A stretch of 64,000 nt of DNA from an uncultured Pseudomonadota bacterium. Its GTDB lineage: Bacteria > Myxococcota_A > Polyangia > Fen-1088. A program made the translations under genes and the position numbers. Location of the stretch: contig CAWKBC010000014.1 of the NCBI GenBank assembly GCA_963847705.1, positions 64,001-128,000 on the forward strand. Direction: 5' to 3'. Shown piece after piece: positions 51,068 to 60,772 of this stretch. Within the stretch, counting starts at the first letter, position 1, and each line of letters begins with the position of its first letter. The notes under the pieces were generated by a model, which was given only the letters and a program-made list of their open reading frames with translations, did no database searches and was not told where the DNA came from.

Positions 51068-52771
51068 GTGTCGGGCCGCGCACGTCTCTTCACCGCCTAC
51101 TTCGTGACCACCCAGGTCGCCCTCTCCTATCTCGGCCTGGCCGTCTCGCGCCGGTTCCGCCGGCCGGCCGCCATCGAGCGCCTGACCCTGGAGAAACACC
51201 GCAAGAACGCCCGCCGGATCGAGGGCGCGATCATCAAGCTGCGCGGCCTCTTCATCAAGGTGGGCCAGCTCATCAGCATCATGGCCAACGTGCTGCCCGA
51301 CGCCTTCCGGGAGGAGCTGCAACGGCTGCAGGATCAGGTCCCGCCGCGGCCGTACCAGGACATCGAGGCGCGGCTGCGGGAGGAGTTCGGGGGGCGGGCG
51401 CCCACCGAGGTGTTCGCCGAGTTCTCGCCGGTGCCGGTCGCCTCGGCCTCGATCGGACAGGTGCACCGCGCGCGGCTGCCGTCGGGCGAGGAGGTGGCGG
51501 TCAAGGTCCAGTACCCCGACATCGAGGAGATCGTCCGCATCGATCTGCGGGCGCTGCAGCGGATCTTCGGCGTGCTGCGCTGGTTCATGCCCGACTACGG
51601 CTTCGACACCATCTACCGCGAGATCCGCGAGATGGTGCTGGCCGAGCTCGACTACCGGCGCGAGGCCGCCGCCATCCAGAAGATCGCCGCCAACTTCGCC
51701 GCCCGCCAGCCGCCCTCGCCCCAGGTGCGGTTCCCCCGCGTGATGGCCGAGTTCTCGACCTCGCGGGTGCTCACCACCGAATGGATGGAGGGGATCAAGG
51801 TCGCCGACCTCGAACGGCTGGAGAGCCTCAAGATCGACCGCCGCGCCGCCGCGCGCGTCTGCGTCGAGGCCTACTGCCAGCAGATCTTCATCGACGGCCT
51901 CTATCACGCCGACCCGCACCCGGGGAACCTGCTGGTGCTGACGCCCGAGGCGCCCGGCGGGCCGCCCACCATCGTCTTCCTCGACTTCGGCGCGGTCGCC
52001 ACCGTGAGCGAGGCGATGCGGCGCGGGATGATGTCGTTCATCCAGGGCGCCATCACGCGTGACACCGTGAAGATCGTCACCGCCATGAAGGAGATGGGCC
52101 TCATCTCGCGCCGGGCCGACCCGGAGGCGTTCGACCGGATCGTGCAGTACTTCCACGACAAGATGCGCGTGCAGATGTCGGCGGACGGCTTCTCGCTGAA
52201 GGACCTGAAGTTCGAGCCCGAAAAGAGCCTGGGGAGCCTGCTCGACCTGCGCGACCTCAACGTCAGCCTGGCGGACCTGCGCGACGCCTTCCACATCCCG
52301 AAGGAGTGGATCCTGCTCGAGCGGACGCTGCTCCTGCTGCTCGGCGTCTGCACCACCCTCGATCCCGAGATGAACCCGGCCGCCATCATCGAGCCTTACC
52401 TGGAGCGTTTCCTGCTGGGCGAGAAGAAGCAGTGGTCGGAGATCGTGCTCGAGGCGTCGCGCGAGATGGCGCTCTCGGCCCTGTCGCTGCCGGCCGAGCT
52501 GCAGCGCTTCATGGACCGCGCGGCGCGCGGCGAGATCGAGGTCGGCATCCGCAACCTCGAGGAGAACGCGCGCCTCATCTATCACGGCGGGCAGCAGCTC
52601 CTCTGGGGGATGCTGGCGGCCACGGCGGCCGTGCTGGCCACGGTGTTCGACGGTCGAGGTCAGCACCGCGCGACCTGGCTCGCCGCCATCGCCGCCGGCC
52701 TGGCGGGGCTCTTCCTCATCGGCAACTGGTTCGCCGGCCACCCCAAGCGTCCGCGCGGCCGCCGCAACTAG
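51068..52771 (+). CDS. AarF/UbiB/ABC1 atypical kinase
   Basis: FIKVGQ, ASASIGQVHRA, VAVKVQYP, HADPHPGN, LDFG; start GTG 51068 or ATG 51041. Confidence 0.92.
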   Translation: MSGRARLFTAYFVTTQVALSYLGLAVSRRFRRPAAIERLTLEKHRKNARRIEGAIIKLRGLFIKVGQLISIMANVLPDAFREELQRLQDQVPPRPYQDIEARLREEFGGRAPTEVFAEFSPVPVASASIGQVHRARLPSGEEVAVKVQYPDIEEIVRIDLRALQRIFGVLRWFMPDYGFDTIYREIREMVLAELDYRREAAAIQKIAANFAARQPPSPQVRFPRVMAEFSTSRVLTTEWMEGIKVADLERLESLKIDRRAAARVCVEAYCQQIFIDGLYHADPHPGNLLVLTPEAPGGPPTIVFLDFGAVATVSEAMRRGMMSFIQGAITRDTVKIVTAMKEMGLISRRADPEAFDRIVQYFHDKMRVQMSADGFSLKDLKFEPEKSLGSLLDLRDLNVSLADLRDAFHIPKEWILLERTLLLLLGVCTTLDPEMNPAAIIEPYLERFLLGEKKQWSEIVLEASREMALSALSLPAELQRFMDRAARGEIEVGIRNLEENARLIYHGGQQLLWGMLAATAAVLATVFDGRGQHRATWLAAIAAGLAGLFLIGNWFAGHPKRPRGRRN

Positions 52772-52864
52772 GAGGGGTTGCCGCACGCACGGTGAGCGAA
52801 GCGAACCACGGACATTGGCCCGACGAGTGCCGCCTGAGGGCGGCCTCGGGCGCCTTCGGGCGCC
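52772..52864 (+). repeat. Dispersed intergenic element, family 2
   Basis: ACGGTGAGCGAAGCGAACCA (52789-52808) identical to 56300-56319, then gcccgac..tgccgc..gcggcct. Confidence 0.75.
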
Positions 52865-52925
52865 ACCTACATTGACCTTGTCCGGCCCGCGGAATATCTA
52901 GAGACCACACTTCGGTTCCGCCCCC

Positions 52926-54071
52926 ATGCGCCCCATCCTCGTCAACATCCCGTCCAAGCTGCTGTTCGTGGTGGCGTTGGCGGGCGCGCTGGTCATGTTC
53001 GTGCGCGAGCTCATCCAGCGGCGCACCCACAAGGCGGTCCCGTTCTCCTCGACGCCGCTCTATTTCGTGGCCGGCGCGATCGTCCTTTACGCCAAGGTCG
53101 GCGACTGGAGCTTCGGGCACCCCTGGGCGCCGGTGCCGATCTACTCCTACGGCGTGATGCTGGGGACGTCGCTGGTCGTCGGATGGTTCCTGGCCATGCG
53201 GTTCGCCGCCGAGGACCAGATCGATCCGCAAGAGGCCGGCACGATCTACATGTGGACCGCGGTCTGGGCGATCATCGGCTCCCGCGTCCTCTGGTTCATC
53301 AACGTCCTCACTGACCCGACGACGCAATCGAGCGTCTCGATGCTGGATCTGTTCAAGATCTGGCAGGGGGGGCTCGTCGCCTACGGCGGCATGATCGGCG
53401 GATTTCTGGCCAGCTGGTACGGCTGCCACAAGCGCAAGATCCCGCTGCTCAAGTGGGCGGACGTCTCGGCCCCTTCCGTCGTCCTCGGGACAGGCATCAC
53501 CCGCATCGGCTGCTTCCTGTTCGGGTGTGACTACGGCAAGGTGACGACGCTTCCCTGGGCGGTTCGCTTTCCCGGACCGAATCCGCTGGCGCCGCACGGA
53601 AGCCCGGCCTGGCAACACCACCTGGAGATCGACGCCCTGGCGAGGACGGCCACGCAGTCGCTCCCGGTGCATCCGACGCAGCTCTACGAGTCGCTGTCGA
53701 GCCTCCTTCTCTTTGGCCTGCTGATGTACATCCGGCGGCATCGAAAGTTCTCCGGGCAGGTTTTCCTCGGCTGGGTCCTCGGCTACGGGATCCTGCGCCC
53801 CCTCATCGAGGTGTTCCGCGACGACCAGGACCGCGGCATCTATCCGCTGCCGTTCACCAGCCTGTCGTTCTCGACCTCGCAGTACATCGGGGCGGTCTCG
53901 GTCATCCTGGGGCTCGGCCTCCTCGTCGCGCTCGTGCGCCGCTACCGGCGCGATCCGGACAGCCTGCGGCTCTGGCTCACGCCGGCGCTCGCCCCCGCAA
54001 GCGGCGGAGGCGGGGGACCGGGCGCCAGCGCGAGCGATCGCCCCGCCAACAAGCGACGCAAGCGGCGTTGA
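52926..54071 (+). CDS. lgt: Prolipoprotein diacylglyceryl transferase
   Basis: IYSYG, IWQGGLVAYGG, RIGCFLFGCDYG, HPTQLYES. Confidence 0.92.
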   Translation: MRPILVNIPSKLLFVVALAGALVMFVRELIQRRTHKAVPFSSTPLYFVAGAIVLYAKVGDWSFGHPWAPVPIYSYGVMLGTSLVVGWFLAMRFAAEDQIDPQEAGTIYMWTAVWAIIGSRVLWFINVLTDPTTQSSVSMLDLFKIWQGGLVAYGGMIGGFLASWYGCHKRKIPLLKWADVSAPSVVLGTGITRIGCFLFGCDYGKVTTLPWAVRFPGPNPLAPHGSPAWQHHLEIDALARTATQSLPVHPTQLYESLSSLLLFGLLMYIRRHRKFSGQVFLGWVLGYGILRPLIEVFRDDQDRGIYPLPFTSLSFSTSQYIGAVSVILGLGLLVALVRRYRRDPDSLRLWLTPALAPASGGGGGPGASASDRPANKRRKRR

Positions 54072-55603
54072 GCGTGCGGGGGCGGACCGCAGCGATCGCC
54101 CTCCTTCTGACCGGGTTTGGCACGTCGGCGGCACGCGCAGGGGAGGCGCCCGCGCCCGTCAGCCCGACCGCGCCCCTCAACCCGCCCGCGCCCCTCAACC
54201 CGACCGCGCCCGTCAGCCCGACCGCGCCCGTCAGCCCGACCGCGCCCCTCAACCCGCCCGACACGGCGACGGCGCAGGCGCCGGCGCCCGCCGAGGCGCA
54301 GGCCGCGGCGGCCCAACGCGCGGCCCAGCGGGCGGAGGCGCAGGTGATCGAGCTCCGCCGCCAGCTCGAAGCGCTCGAGCGCGAGCGCGCCGGCTACGAC
54401 GACGTGCGCCGCCGCCTCGACCAGGTCGATGCGCGCCAGCGTGAGGCCGACCGCCAGGCCCCCGCCGAGGCCAACCCGCCCGAGACCTCGGTGGTGCGGT
54501 TCCGCGACGACGGCATCGACATCCGCTCGCCCGACAACGGTTTCTATCTGCACCCGATGGTGCGCGTGCAGGCGATCTACACCGGCCTCGTCGCCAGCCA
54601 GGGGGCGCAGGATCCGGCTCCCCCCGACGTCTCGGGATTCTCCCTCGGGCGCGCCGAGATGATCCTGGAGGGGCATGTGGGCGGGCCCTTCTTCCAGTAC
54701 CGCCTGCAGGTCGACGCCGCCCAGTCGCCGTCGCTGAAGGACGCCTACGTCGCCTGGCACCCGATCCGGATGCTGAGCATCTGGGCCGGTCAGTTCAAGG
54801 TCCCCTATGGTCTGCAGCGGCAGTACTGGAAAGCCGAGCTGGAGTTCGTCGACATCTCCGCGCCGATGGCGGCGTTCTCGCTGGAGCGTGATCTCGGCGT
54901 GATGCTCGTCGCGCGGCTGATCCCCGGCCGCCTGACGGTGCAGGCGGGCCTGCTCAACGGCTCGGGCGCCAACGTCCCCAACGACAACATCGATCTGGCC
55001 TATGCCCTGCGGGTGGTGGCCACTCCGTTCGGACCGATGCCGCAGTCCGAAGGGGACATCGAAGGGCACGTGCGCCCGCTGCTCTCCGTCGGCGCAGCCG
55101 GTTACTTCAACCTGGCGCCGACGGATGTCGTCGCCCGCTGTGACATCCCGAACGCCTGCCCCAGCATTCCGATGCCGGTGGCCGACAGCGACGGCGACGG
55201 CCGGGTCGACAACGTCGCGGTCTGGCAGGGAGGGTTCGAGCTGCGCGCGCTCTGGCGAGGCGCGGCGCTCCAGGGCGAGCTGTTCGGCCGGCTCGAGGAT
55301 CCGGGCGCGGCAGGCCCTTCGCGGACCTACTGGGGCGCCTACGTGCAGGGGAGCTACTTCCTCTTGCCCCACAGGCTGCAGGTGGCGGCGCGCGCGGGGC
55401 ACACCGACCTGCCGCTCTACGGCGCGACCGCCGAACAGCGCCTGCTGGCCGGCACCTCCCAGAACGAGCAGAGCGCCGTGGTGTCGAGCTACTTGCGCGG
55501 ACACCGGGTCAAGGCGCAGGTTCAGTACAGCCACCTGACCAGCGACGGGCAGACTGCCCCCACCGCAAACCGCATCCAGGCGGCGGTACAGGTCGGGTTC
55601 TAG
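54068..55603 (+). CDS. OprO/OprP-like porin with Pro-rich and coiled-coil N-terminus
   Basis: LKDAYV, GQFKVPYG, ERDLGV, terminal VQVGF. Confidence 0.75.
   Translation: MSVRGRTAAIALLLTGFGTSAARAGEAPAPVSPTAPLNPPAPLNPTAPVSPTAPVSPTAPLNPPDTATAQAPAPAEAQAAAAQRAAQRAEAQVIELRRQLEALERERAGYDDVRRRLDQVDARQREADRQAPAEANPPETSVVRFRDDGIDIRSPDNGFYLHPMVRVQAIYTGLVASQGAQDPAPPDVSGFSLGRAEMILEGHVGGPFFQYRLQVDAAQSPSLKDAYVAWHPIRMLSIWAGQFKVPYGLQRQYWKAELEFVDISAPMAAFSLERDLGVMLVARLIPGRLTVQAGLLNGSGANVPNDNIDLAYALRVVATPFGPMPQSEGDIEGHVRPLLSVGAAGYFNLAPTDVVARCDIPNACPSIPMPVADSDGDGRVDNVAVWQGGFELRALWRGAALQGELFGRLEDPGAAGPSRTYWGAYVQGSYFLLPHRLQVAARAGHTDLPLYGATAEQRLLAGTSQNEQSAVVSSYLRGHRVKAQVQYSHLTSDGQTAPTANRIQAAVQVGF
54152..54259 (+). 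repeat. Coding 18-bp tandem repeat x6 (APVSPT/APLNPP)
   Basis: gcgccc(g/c)tca(g/a)cccg(a/c)cc. Confidence 0.85.
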
Positions 55604-55641
55604 TGGTATAAGGCGATGGAATTTTTGGGACAGGAGACAGA

Positions 55642-56277
55642 ATGAGCCTCAAGCGGAGCCACACGAGCAGCAAGAGCTCTTTCGGCGGTGACGCCGGGGC
55701 CAAGGTCGATCGCCAGGAGCTCTTCGACGAGCTCAAACGGATGGCCGCATCCAACGAGGCGTTCTCGCCCGTCGACGTCTCGCTGGCGATCGGCGCCGGC
55801 GAGCCGCAGGTCTCGAAGGCGCTGCTCGGCCTCGCCGCCGAGGGCTACCTAGAGAAGGTCGACACCGGCAAGTACCGGGCGGCAGGAATGGCGGATCTCG
55901 GACAGGCCGAGTTCTTGAAGGCGTTCGCGCGGGCGTCGCGCGTCGATTCGACCCGCCAGCGTGACCTCTCGGACATCACCCGCCTCAAGCAGAACAACGA
56001 CATCATGAGGCACCGGCTGCTGACCGCGATCGCCGAGCGCGATCACTATCTGGCGGCGCTCAAGAAGCACGGCATCGATCCCGGCCCGGCGCCCGTTCCA
56101 GCGGCGCCCGCAGTGGAAACCGCGCCCGCCGCGAACCCGCTCGCCAGCGCGCCGTCGGGCAGCGCCCCCGGTCCCGAGGCGATCGCCGTCCCCTCGCCTG
56201 CCTCCGAGGAGGCCCCGTCGGGGCCGGGCGACGCCGGCGGCCATGACCAGGATCGCGACACCGACGGGCAGTCCTAG
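55642..56277 (+). CDS. Hypothetical protein with winged-helix-like N-terminus and coiled coil
   Basis: FSPVDVSLAIG..VSKALLGLAAEGYLEKVDTGKY; AGGAG RBS. Confidence 0.65.
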   Translation: MSLKRSHTSSKSSFGGDAGAKVDRQELFDELKRMAASNEAFSPVDVSLAIGAGEPQVSKALLGLAAEGYLEKVDTGKYRAAGMADLGQAEFLKAFARASRVDSTRQRDLSDITRLKQNNDIMRHRLLTAIAERDHYLAALKKHGIDPGPAPVPAAPAVETAPAANPLASAPSGSAPGPEAIAVPSPASEEAPSGPGDAGGHDQDRDTDGQS

Positions 56278-56278
56278 C

Positions 56279-56368
56279 CGGGCGTTGCTCCGCAAGGCAA
56301 CGGTGAGCGAAGCGAACCATGCCCGACCACCTGCCGCCGAAGCGGCCTAGCCGCCCGCGCCTGGCGCC
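56279..56368 (+). repeat. Dispersed intergenic element, family 2
   Basis: aggcaacggtgagcgaagcgaaccatgcccgaccacctgccgccgaagcggcct...cctggcgcc. Confidence 0.8.
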
Positions 56369-56860
56369 ATGCGTGTGACGCTGATCCGGCACGCGGAGGC
56401 CGGCGACGAAGCGCCCCGAGACGAGGTCCGAGCCCTCACCGCGCGCGGCCGCGAAGACGCCCGCCGGCTGGGACAGGCGCTGGCCCGACGCGGTGTCGAA
56501 TTCACCCTGATGGTGACGAGCCCGCTCGTGCGTGCGGTCCAGACGGCCGAGATCGTCGCGGCCCAGATCGGCTACCGCGACCGGATCGCGGTGACCGATC
56601 TGCTGGTCCCCGAGGCCACGGCGTCGCGCGCGGTCGGCTTTCTCCGCTCGACCGGGCGTCAGCTGGAGGGGACGCCCTCGATCGCGCTCGTGGCGCATGA
56701 GCCGATTCTTTCCGTCCTGGCGGCTGCGTTGATCGGCAAGGCGCGCCACCCCCCGCTGCGCAAGACCGAAGCCTTGCGCATCCGGCTCGGCAGCACCCCC
56801 GACGGAAAAGGGGTCCTGCGCTGGCGGGTCGACGCCCGGGGCCGCCGGGAGCAACTATGA
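56369..56860 (+). CDS. sixA: Phosphohistidine phosphatase SixA family
   Basis: LIRHAEA, RALTARG, TSPLVRAVQTA, VAHEP. Confidence 0.88.
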   Translation: MRVTLIRHAEAGDEAPRDEVRALTARGREDARRLGQALARRGVEFTLMVTSPLVRAVQTAEIVAAQIGYRDRIAVTDLLVPEATASRAVGFLRSTGRQLEGTPSIALVAHEPILSVLAAALIGKARHPPLRKTEALRIRLGSTPDGKGVLRWRVDARGRREQL

Positions 56861-56894
56861 GAAATGGCCGGCTTGGCCTAAAATAAAGCCGCCG

Positions 56895-57899
56895 ATGGCT
56901 GGCAAGAAAAGCGCAACGTCGAATGGCCCAGCTGGCTCGACGTTCAAGGACACGACGGAGACCAAACCCGCGGTCCCGCCCGAGTCCGATCGCGAGCAGA
57001 AGCGCAACCTGGCCTATCTGGTCGTCCTGGCCGGCGTCAGCGCGGGCGAGATGTTCAAGCTGCAAGAGGACAGGACCGTGGTCGGGCGCGGTCCGACGGT
57101 CGGCGTCCGGTTGAACGACGAAGGGGTCTCACGCGAGCACTGCCAGTTCATGCGCGAGGGGGAGAAGATCATCGTGGTCGACCTCGGCTCGACCAACGGC
57201 ACCTTCGTCAACGGGATCAAGGTCGATCGCAAGGAGCTGTCCGATGGCGACAAGATCATGGTCGGCTCGACGACCATCCTGAAGTTCACCTACCACGACT
57301 ACCTGGACGAGGTGTTCCAGCGCCAGATGTACGAATCGGCGCTGCGCGACGGCCTCACCAAGGTCTTCAACAAGAAGTACTTCACCGACTACCTGGAGAA
57401 GGAGTTTGCCTTCGCCGCCCGCCACAAGGGGCCGCTGGCGCTGATCTTCCTCGACATCGATCACTTCAAGAAGATCAACGACACGCACGGCCACCCGGCA
57501 GGCGACTTCGTGCTGGCCGAGCTGTCCCAGATGATGGTGGAGCTCCTGCGAACCGAGGACGTCCTGGCCCGCTTCGGCGGCGAGGAGTTCACCATCCTCT
57601 GCCGCGGCTCCGACCAGAACGGCGCCAAGATCGTCGCCGAGCGCCTGCGCCGCGCCGTGGAGGAGCGCAAGTTCACCTTCGGCGGCAAGGAGATCCCGGT
57701 GACCATCAGCCTCGGCATCGCCGCCGTGCCCGAGAGCAACGTCAACGATCACGCGGCTTTTCTGGCGGCCGCCGACAAGGCGCTCTACGAGGCGAAGCGC
57801 AGCGGGCGCAACCGCGTCTGCCTGCACGGCACGGAGCAGACGCCCAAGCCCGCCGAGCCGCGCAAGGGCCGCGACCGAAGCGGGCCGACCGGCGGGTAG
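56895..57899 (+). CDS. FHA-domain diguanylate cyclase
   Basis: VGRG, VSREH, DLGSTNGTFVNG; DIDHFKKINDTHGH, RTED, GGEEF. Confidence 0.93.
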   Translation: MAGKKSATSNGPAGSTFKDTTETKPAVPPESDREQKRNLAYLVVLAGVSAGEMFKLQEDRTVVGRGPTVGVRLNDEGVSREHCQFMREGEKIIVVDLGSTNGTFVNGIKVDRKELSDGDKIMVGSTTILKFTYHDYLDEVFQRQMYESALRDGLTKVFNKKYFTDYLEKEFAFAARHKGPLALIFLDIDHFKKINDTHGHPAGDFVLAELSQMMVELLRTEDVLARFGGEEFTILCRGSDQNGAKIVAERLRRAVEERKFTFGGKEIPVTISLGIAAVPESNVNDHAAFLAAADKALYEAKRSGRNRVCLHGTEQTPKPAEPRKGRDRSGPTGG

Positions 57900-57940
57900 C
57901 GCTTCCGCGTGGCAGAGCCACGCTGCGCTCTCCGGGCTAG

Positions 57941-59170
57941 CTAGCGCAACCGTGCGACGGCGAGGACGGCGGCGAGCGCCAGCCCGACCGCGCCCACCAG
58001 ATAGGGGGCGCGGGGATCGATGCCCGCGTAGAGCGCGCCGCCCACGATCGGCCCGAGCGCGCGTGACAGCGCCGAGGCCGACTGCAGCGTCCCCAGCGTC
58101 ACCCCTTGCGTGGTCGCGCTGGCGCGCCGTGAGGCAAACGCGGGCAGCGTCGGGGAGCAGAGCCCGCTGCCGAGCGCGATCAGGCCGGAGGCCACCAGCA
58201 GCGCCACCTTGCCTGACGGACCGAACAGCGGCGACAGGCCAAGCAGCGCGAAGGCCACCGCCTGGATGCCGAGGCCGCCCTGAACCAGCCGCGCCTCCCC
58301 GAACCTCGGGACCATGCGCGACACCAGGCCCCCCTGCACCAGCGCGCTGACGATCCCCACCAGGCCGAACACGCGCCCGGTCCCGGCGTCCGACATGCCG
58401 AACCCGTCGGCGGTGAAGAGGCGGAAGGTCTGCTCCATGCCGGAGAACCAGAGAAAGAGCATGAAGTTGATCGCCACCGCCGCGCCGATGCCGGGGACGG
58501 AGATCGCCGCGCGGAACCCGGCCAGATCGATCGGCGAGGCGCGCCGCACCGACAGCCCGCGCCGCTCGGGCGGCAGCGATTCGGGCAAGGTCCGGAACGC
58601 CATCAACAAGTTGATCGTGGAGAGCCCCGCCGCCACCAGCGGCGGCAGCATCCCCTCGCGCCCAAAAGGATGGAAGCGCGACAGCTCGCCGCCGATGAAG
58701 GGGCCGAAGATGAAGCCGAGGCCGAAGGAGATCCCGACGATCGCCATCCCGCGCGCGCGGCGCTCGGGCGTCGTCACGTCGGCGATGTAGGCCTGGGCGA
58801 CGGCGATGTTGGCGGTGGCGATGCCACTCCAGATGCGGGCGACGAAGAGCCAGATCAAGGTCGGCGCGAAGCCGAGCATCGCCATGCCGATCGCCGAGGC
58901 GGCGATGCTCCAGAGCAGCACCGGGCGCCGCCCGACGCGATCCGAGAGCCGTCCCCAGATCGGGATGAAGAGGAACTGCATGATGGAGAAGACCGCGCCC
59001 GGCATGGTGGCCATGAAGTCGCCGGCCCCCAGACGCCGCGCGATGCCGGGGAGAAACGGGATCACCAGCCCGAAGCCGAGCAGGTCGAGGAAGATCGTGA
59101 GGAACAGGGTGCCGAGCGAAGCGCTGCGGAGACCTTTTGCCTCGACGCCGGTGGGTGCGGCGGCCGTCAT
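57941..59170 (-). CDS. MFS transporter (TetA/DHA1-like)
   Basis: FLDLLGFGLVIP, GRLSDRVGRRPVL, AQAYIAD, GFIFGPFIGG. Confidence 0.9.
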   Translation of the reverse strand: MTAAAPTGVEAKGLRSASLGTLFLTIFLDLLGFGLVIPFLPGIARRLGAGDFMATMPGAVFSIMQFLFIPIWGRLSDRVGRRPVLLWSIAASAIGMAMLGFAPTLIWLFVARIWSGIATANIAVAQAYIADVTTPERRARGMAIVGISFGLGFIFGPFIGGELSRFHPFGREGMLPPLVAAGLSTINLLMAFRTLPESLPPERRGLSVRRASPIDLAGFRAAISVPGIGAAVAINFMLFLWFSGMEQTFRLFTADGFGMSDAGTGRVFGLVGIVSALVQGGLVSRMVPRFGEARLVQGGLGIQAVAFALLGLSPLFGPSGKVALLVASGLIALGSGLCSPTLPAFASRRASATTQGVTLGTLQSASALSRALGPIVGGALYAGIDPRAPYLVGAVGLALAAVLAVARLR

Positions 59171-60753
59171 CGGCTCAGGCCCGAGCAGGGGACGGCGCGG
59201 CTCATGGCCACGCGCGCGCGCGACCACCAGGCGCCGGTGGTGCGCCGTTCGGCGCGGCTGGCGAAGACGTACCGCCAGTAGACGATGCGCACGGCGGCGG
59301 GGTGAGGCGGGAGCGGTTCGCGAAAGAGCGGCTGCACGGCGGCCGGATCCTCGCACATTCTCTCGACGAGCGTGGAGACGTAGGTCGGCTCACGCCTGCG
59401 AAAGGCCAGACCGTAGAACCAGAGCTGGAAGTCGACCCGGGGCTGGTGCGGCGCCACGAAGTCGGGCGCACGTCGCGGATCGCCCGGCTTGTGCCACAGA
59501 TCGCGCGGCGTCCAGCGGCCGTCGTCGGCCGAATCGGAACGCCCGGCATCGTCGTCGGCCGAGCCGAGCGGCTCGCCCAGGGCGAGCGTCTGCAGCTCGG
59601 GCTCGATCCGCTCGCGCGTGATCGAGGCGAAGAGGTGGTAGCTGTTCACCAGCCGAAACCGCTGATTGAGCTCGAAGAGCGGCGCCACGAGCGTCAGCGC
59701 GCGGCCCGGTTCGGTGAACGCATAGAGCGCGTCGGTGAGCGACACGAGCACGAACAGCGCCGCGCCGGCGCGCCCGAGCCAGCGCACGGTCGACCCGGTC
59801 GCCGCGTCCGGCTTGTCCTCCGTCGACCGCCCAGGAGGCGCCGCGAAAGAGAGCAGCCGCGTGAGGGCGCCGCGAATCCTGGCCGGCAGATACCCCGCCG
59901 CGCGCGCCCCGGCCCGATCGACGTCGGGGTCATCGAGCAGGAAGACGTTCAGCGCCGCGGCGAGGTAGCAAAAGAAGCCGTAGTTGGCGGTGGCGGCGTT
60001 GCAGATCTGGAAGAAGGAGAAGACGAACGCGGCCAGGAGACGCGCCCGCCGCGGGCCGAAGATCAGAAACGGAACGACGAGCTCGAGCACCAGCGTGGCG
60101 CGGCTCTCGAGGTGGTGCCACCAGATCGGCAGGTGGTGCGCGGTGAACGCCAGCCAGGTCGGCAGCGGCGCGGTTTCGTAGTAGTAGGTCATCGCGCTGC
60201 CGTCCTGCCAGTCGCCGAGCTCCGACTGCCACTTGGCGACGCCCGACTCGAAGTAGAGCTTGAACAGGAGCAGACGAAACAGGAAGTGAACGAGCGGCGC
60301 CGGCCGGTCCGTCGGCAGGAAGGCGGCCAGCAGCCCGCACTCGAGCAGCAGGTTGTCCCACTGGAACGACAAGAAGTCGCGCCCCACCGTGGCGTACGAG
60401 AGATAGAGCGCGGTCGACAGGGTGAAACAGAGCCGAGCACGCCACCCGCACAGCGCCGCCACCGCCAGCGCCGCGCCGATCACCGTCCCGCCGACGAGCA
60501 CCGCGTCCGAATGGAACCGCCAGAACAGCGTCGGCAGATCGGACAGGCCGACCCCTCCGTCGGCGCGCACGGCGTCCATCAGCTCGCCGACCGGCAGGAG
60601 GCCGCGGCTGCCGAGAAGGACGCGCACCTGGCTGCCGAGCGACGCCCAGGCCGCGAGGGCGATGAGCGCCAGGAGCCGGCTGGCGAGCGCCCCGACCGAG
60701 GCCCCCGATCCGAAGCTGCCGAAGCCCCACGGCGGCCAGCGAAGACCTTTCAT
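59167..60753 (-). CDS. Lipase maturation factor (LMF1) family protein
   Basis: SFQWDNLLLECG, SGVAK, YYETAPLP, NSYHLFA, PHQPRVDFQLWF. Confidence 0.9.
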   Translation of the reverse strand: MKGLRWPPWGFGSFGSGASVGALASRLLALIALAAWASLGSQVRVLLGSRGLLPVGELMDAVRADGGVGLSDLPTLFWRFHSDAVLVGGTVIGAALAVAALCGWRARLCFTLSTALYLSYATVGRDFLSFQWDNLLLECGLLAAFLPTDRPAPLVHFLFRLLLFKLYFESGVAKWQSELGDWQDGSAMTYYYETAPLPTWLAFTAHHLPIWWHHLESRATLVLELVVPFLIFGPRRARLLAAFVFSFFQICNAATANYGFFCYLAAALNVFLLDDPDVDRAGARAAGYLPARIRGALTRLLSFAAPPGRSTEDKPDAATGSTVRWLGRAGAALFVLVSLTDALYAFTEPGRALTLVAPLFELNQRFRLVNSYHLFASITRERIEPELQTLALGEPLGSADDDAGRSDSADDGRWTPRDLWHKPGDPRRAPDFVAPHQPRVDFQLWFYGLAFRRREPTYVSTLVERMCEDPAAVQPLFREPLPPHPAAVRIVYWRYVFASRAERRTTGAWWSRARVAMSRAVPCSGLSR

Positions 60754-60772
60754 CGCCGGAGCAGGTCCCTGG

